This document shows, one piece after another, positions 24,701 through 25,358 of a stretch of 25,358 nt of DNA. The position numbers were made by a program, and so were the translations under genes. Every line of letters starts with the position of its first letter. The stretch's first letter is position 1. Below the pieces are notes generated by a model. That model did no database searches and was not told where the DNA came from. It worked only from the letters and a program-made list of their open reading frames with translations. The stretch comes from an uncultured Planctomycetia bacterium (GTDB lineage: Bacteria > Planctomycetota > UBA8108 > UBA1146 > JAJFFE01): contig CAYZYD010000001.1 of assembly GCA_964482505.1 (NCBI GenBank), positions 1 to 25,358 on the forward strand, read 5' to 3'.

Positions 24701-25261
24701 ACCTACGAAGTGCTCTCTCCAAATCGAGAGGGGCTCTTGCTCGTCAAAGGTCCAATTGTCATGAAGGGTTACCTGCACCGCCCCGAGGAGACGGCCGAAG
24801 TCATCCGCGACGGTTGGTACGTGACGGGGGACATGGCCAAGATCGACGCCGACGGCTTTATCGAGCTCACGGGACGCTACTCGCGCTTCTCAAAAATCGG
24901 CGGCGAGATGGTACCGCACGTCCGCGTCGAGGAGGCGATCCAAGAGATCATCGATGAGCGGATGGGTTGCCCCGCCGAGTCGGTCGATCAAGACTGCCCC
25001 GAAGCCGCGGTGACTTCCGTCGCTTCGGACGCCCGAGGCGAACAGCTCGTCGTACTCCACACTCCACTCACCTTTTCGATCGAAGAGCTCCACCGCGAGT
25101 TGATCGAAGGTCCGCTTCCCAACCTCTGGTGCCCGAAGCGAAACGCCTTCCACGAAGTCTCAGAACTGCCCAAACTCGGGAGCGGCAAACTCGATCTCAA
25201 GGAGCTGGGCAAAGTCGCCGAAGAGGCGCACCTGAGCGTCGAATCGGGGGCTGGCGATTAA
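21734..25261 (+). CDS. aas: Fused LplT-type MFS flippase, PlsC-type acyltransferase and acyl-ACP synthetase (acyl-[ACP]--phospholipid O-acyltransferase)
   Basis: MFS N-terminus TQFLGAFNDN...SALFGPSKYGILPE. Acyltransferase motifs NHVSYAD (HX4D) and FAEG. AMP-binding motifs FSSGSTGQPKG, EGYGCTE and GWYVTGD; 1175 aa. Confidence 0.93.
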   Translation: MQVLRNRSFLALLGTQFLGAFNDNVYRGLLLLLALESEIEFFGIQAESFALALFAFPFVLFALLGGSLADRFSKRNVIVTTNIFEIVAMTLGTLALTLSSTDASSIDRTSMIASLAVLFIMGTQSALFGPSKYGILPEIVKPGLLSSANGLISMTTQLAIILGLVSASGINLLLKELELPVYAPGFVCIGVATVGWLFSLMLPKLKAADPSKKLALNILSVPIHAYREFRYNAKDSELIGSLLSSSWFFLIGSLALLVFNVHAEAIWGMERIQGGTLLAAVATGIALGSLTAGQLSKGRPELGLAPIGAFGMGLAFCTVPFASGSEVLFKLPFAEIDVTGQMVATHAIVLVAGFFGGLYIVPLNTFVQARPKPEEKGRVLGFHELLSFVFVISAAGVYELLALDAFKLNSTQLLVATGVLTIVGSALFSVSSPVFVQRAILFLIAKFYRIKVYGNENVPARGPALLVANHVSYADPFFVSAASPRIPRFLMHRFFMGVPGIAHFARLTNVIPISAGDGPRALLKSLERAAEHLKRGHSVCIFAEGKITRTGTLLPFSKGLERIAREADSPIIPVYLDGVWGSVFSYHRGKILWRWPRRLPHLSVSFGEPLPPDTPTWKVRQRLLETGAEALERRKHHGVTLATRFVRMAKRRGSRLALADTTGKELSFRKTLVACLLLRQQLRERTEDQEYVGILLPASVGGALANISVTLLGKVSVNLNFTTGPEAYQSAIEQTELKTIITSKRFIDKIGMESDERFVFIEDLAAAASGADKVKNLLATYLPSWLLIRIFGLPRDPDQVAAVMFSSGSTGQPKGVELTHHNFLSEIACTEPVFDATPEDRMMGILPFFHCFGYAITIWFPVTLGFSSIYHPSPLDARGIAEALRKFQATIFIATPTFYQSYLRRFSPEDVASLRLSVAGAEKLKSSLRKSWKEKFGTEIFEGYGCTELSPAICMNTHNHTGEIQQTGHKPGTIGHPFPGVAVRVVDPDTYEVLSPNREGLLLVKGPIVMKGYLHRPEETAEVIRDGWYVTGDMAKIDADGFIELTGRYSRFSKIGGEMVPHVRVEEAIQEIIDERMGCPAESVDQDCPEAAVTSVASDARGEQLVVLHTPLTFSIEELHRELIEGPLPNLWCPKRNAFHEVSELPKLGSGKLDLKELGKVAEEAHLSVESGAGD

Positions 25262-25358
25262 CTCGAGTATCGCGGGTCAAGCCTCCACCAGGGAACTCCG
25301 AGCGCAGGTTGCAAGCGCGGGTCCGATCTCAGCTCGCCCGCAATCCAATCTCGGTGCT
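25258..25358 (-). CDS. Possible 3' end of a convergent gene entering from the right edge
   Basis: An open minus frame reads HRDWIAGELRSDPRLQPALGVPWWRLDPRYSS*, and its TAA overlaps the aas TAA (TTAA at 25258-25261). It is too short to identify. Confidence 0.35.
   Translation of the reverse strand, partial: HRDWIAGELRSDPRLQPALGVPWWRLDPRYSS

Noticed and set aside
1-25358. CRISPR arrays, tRNA, rRNA, integrase or transposase genes
   Set aside because: No regularly spaced repeats, cloverleaf or rRNA signatures, or recombinase motifs were seen.

Overview
A gene-dense, roughly 60-65% GC bacterial chromosomal segment. A Planctomycetota-like origin is plausible from the gene repertoire but cannot be shown here. 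From left to right it contains: a truncated TauE/SafE (TSUP) exporter divergent from a LysR regulator, with a T-N11-A operator between them; a 160-bp MITE-like element; a four-gene minus-strand operon; a divergent membrane-anchored beta-sandwich surface protein; DinB-like and RluA genes; a large helical secreted protein; a small Cys/His-motif protein; M3 peptidase, hflX and DUF1848; an aromatic amino-acid decarboxylase; and a fused LplT-Aas lipid-recycling enzyme. The best candidate for an undescribed system is the operon at 1829-8119. It encodes an orphan Wzc-type tyrosine kinase, a double-zinc-ribbon ParB-type CTPase, a STAS/coiled-coil/degenerate HD-GYP protein and a MamK-like actin. The first three genes overlap, and the window shows neither capsule nor magnetosome genes. 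A diverged half-copy of the MITE lies at 19863-19934. All protein family calls come from motif recognition by eye, not from database searches.
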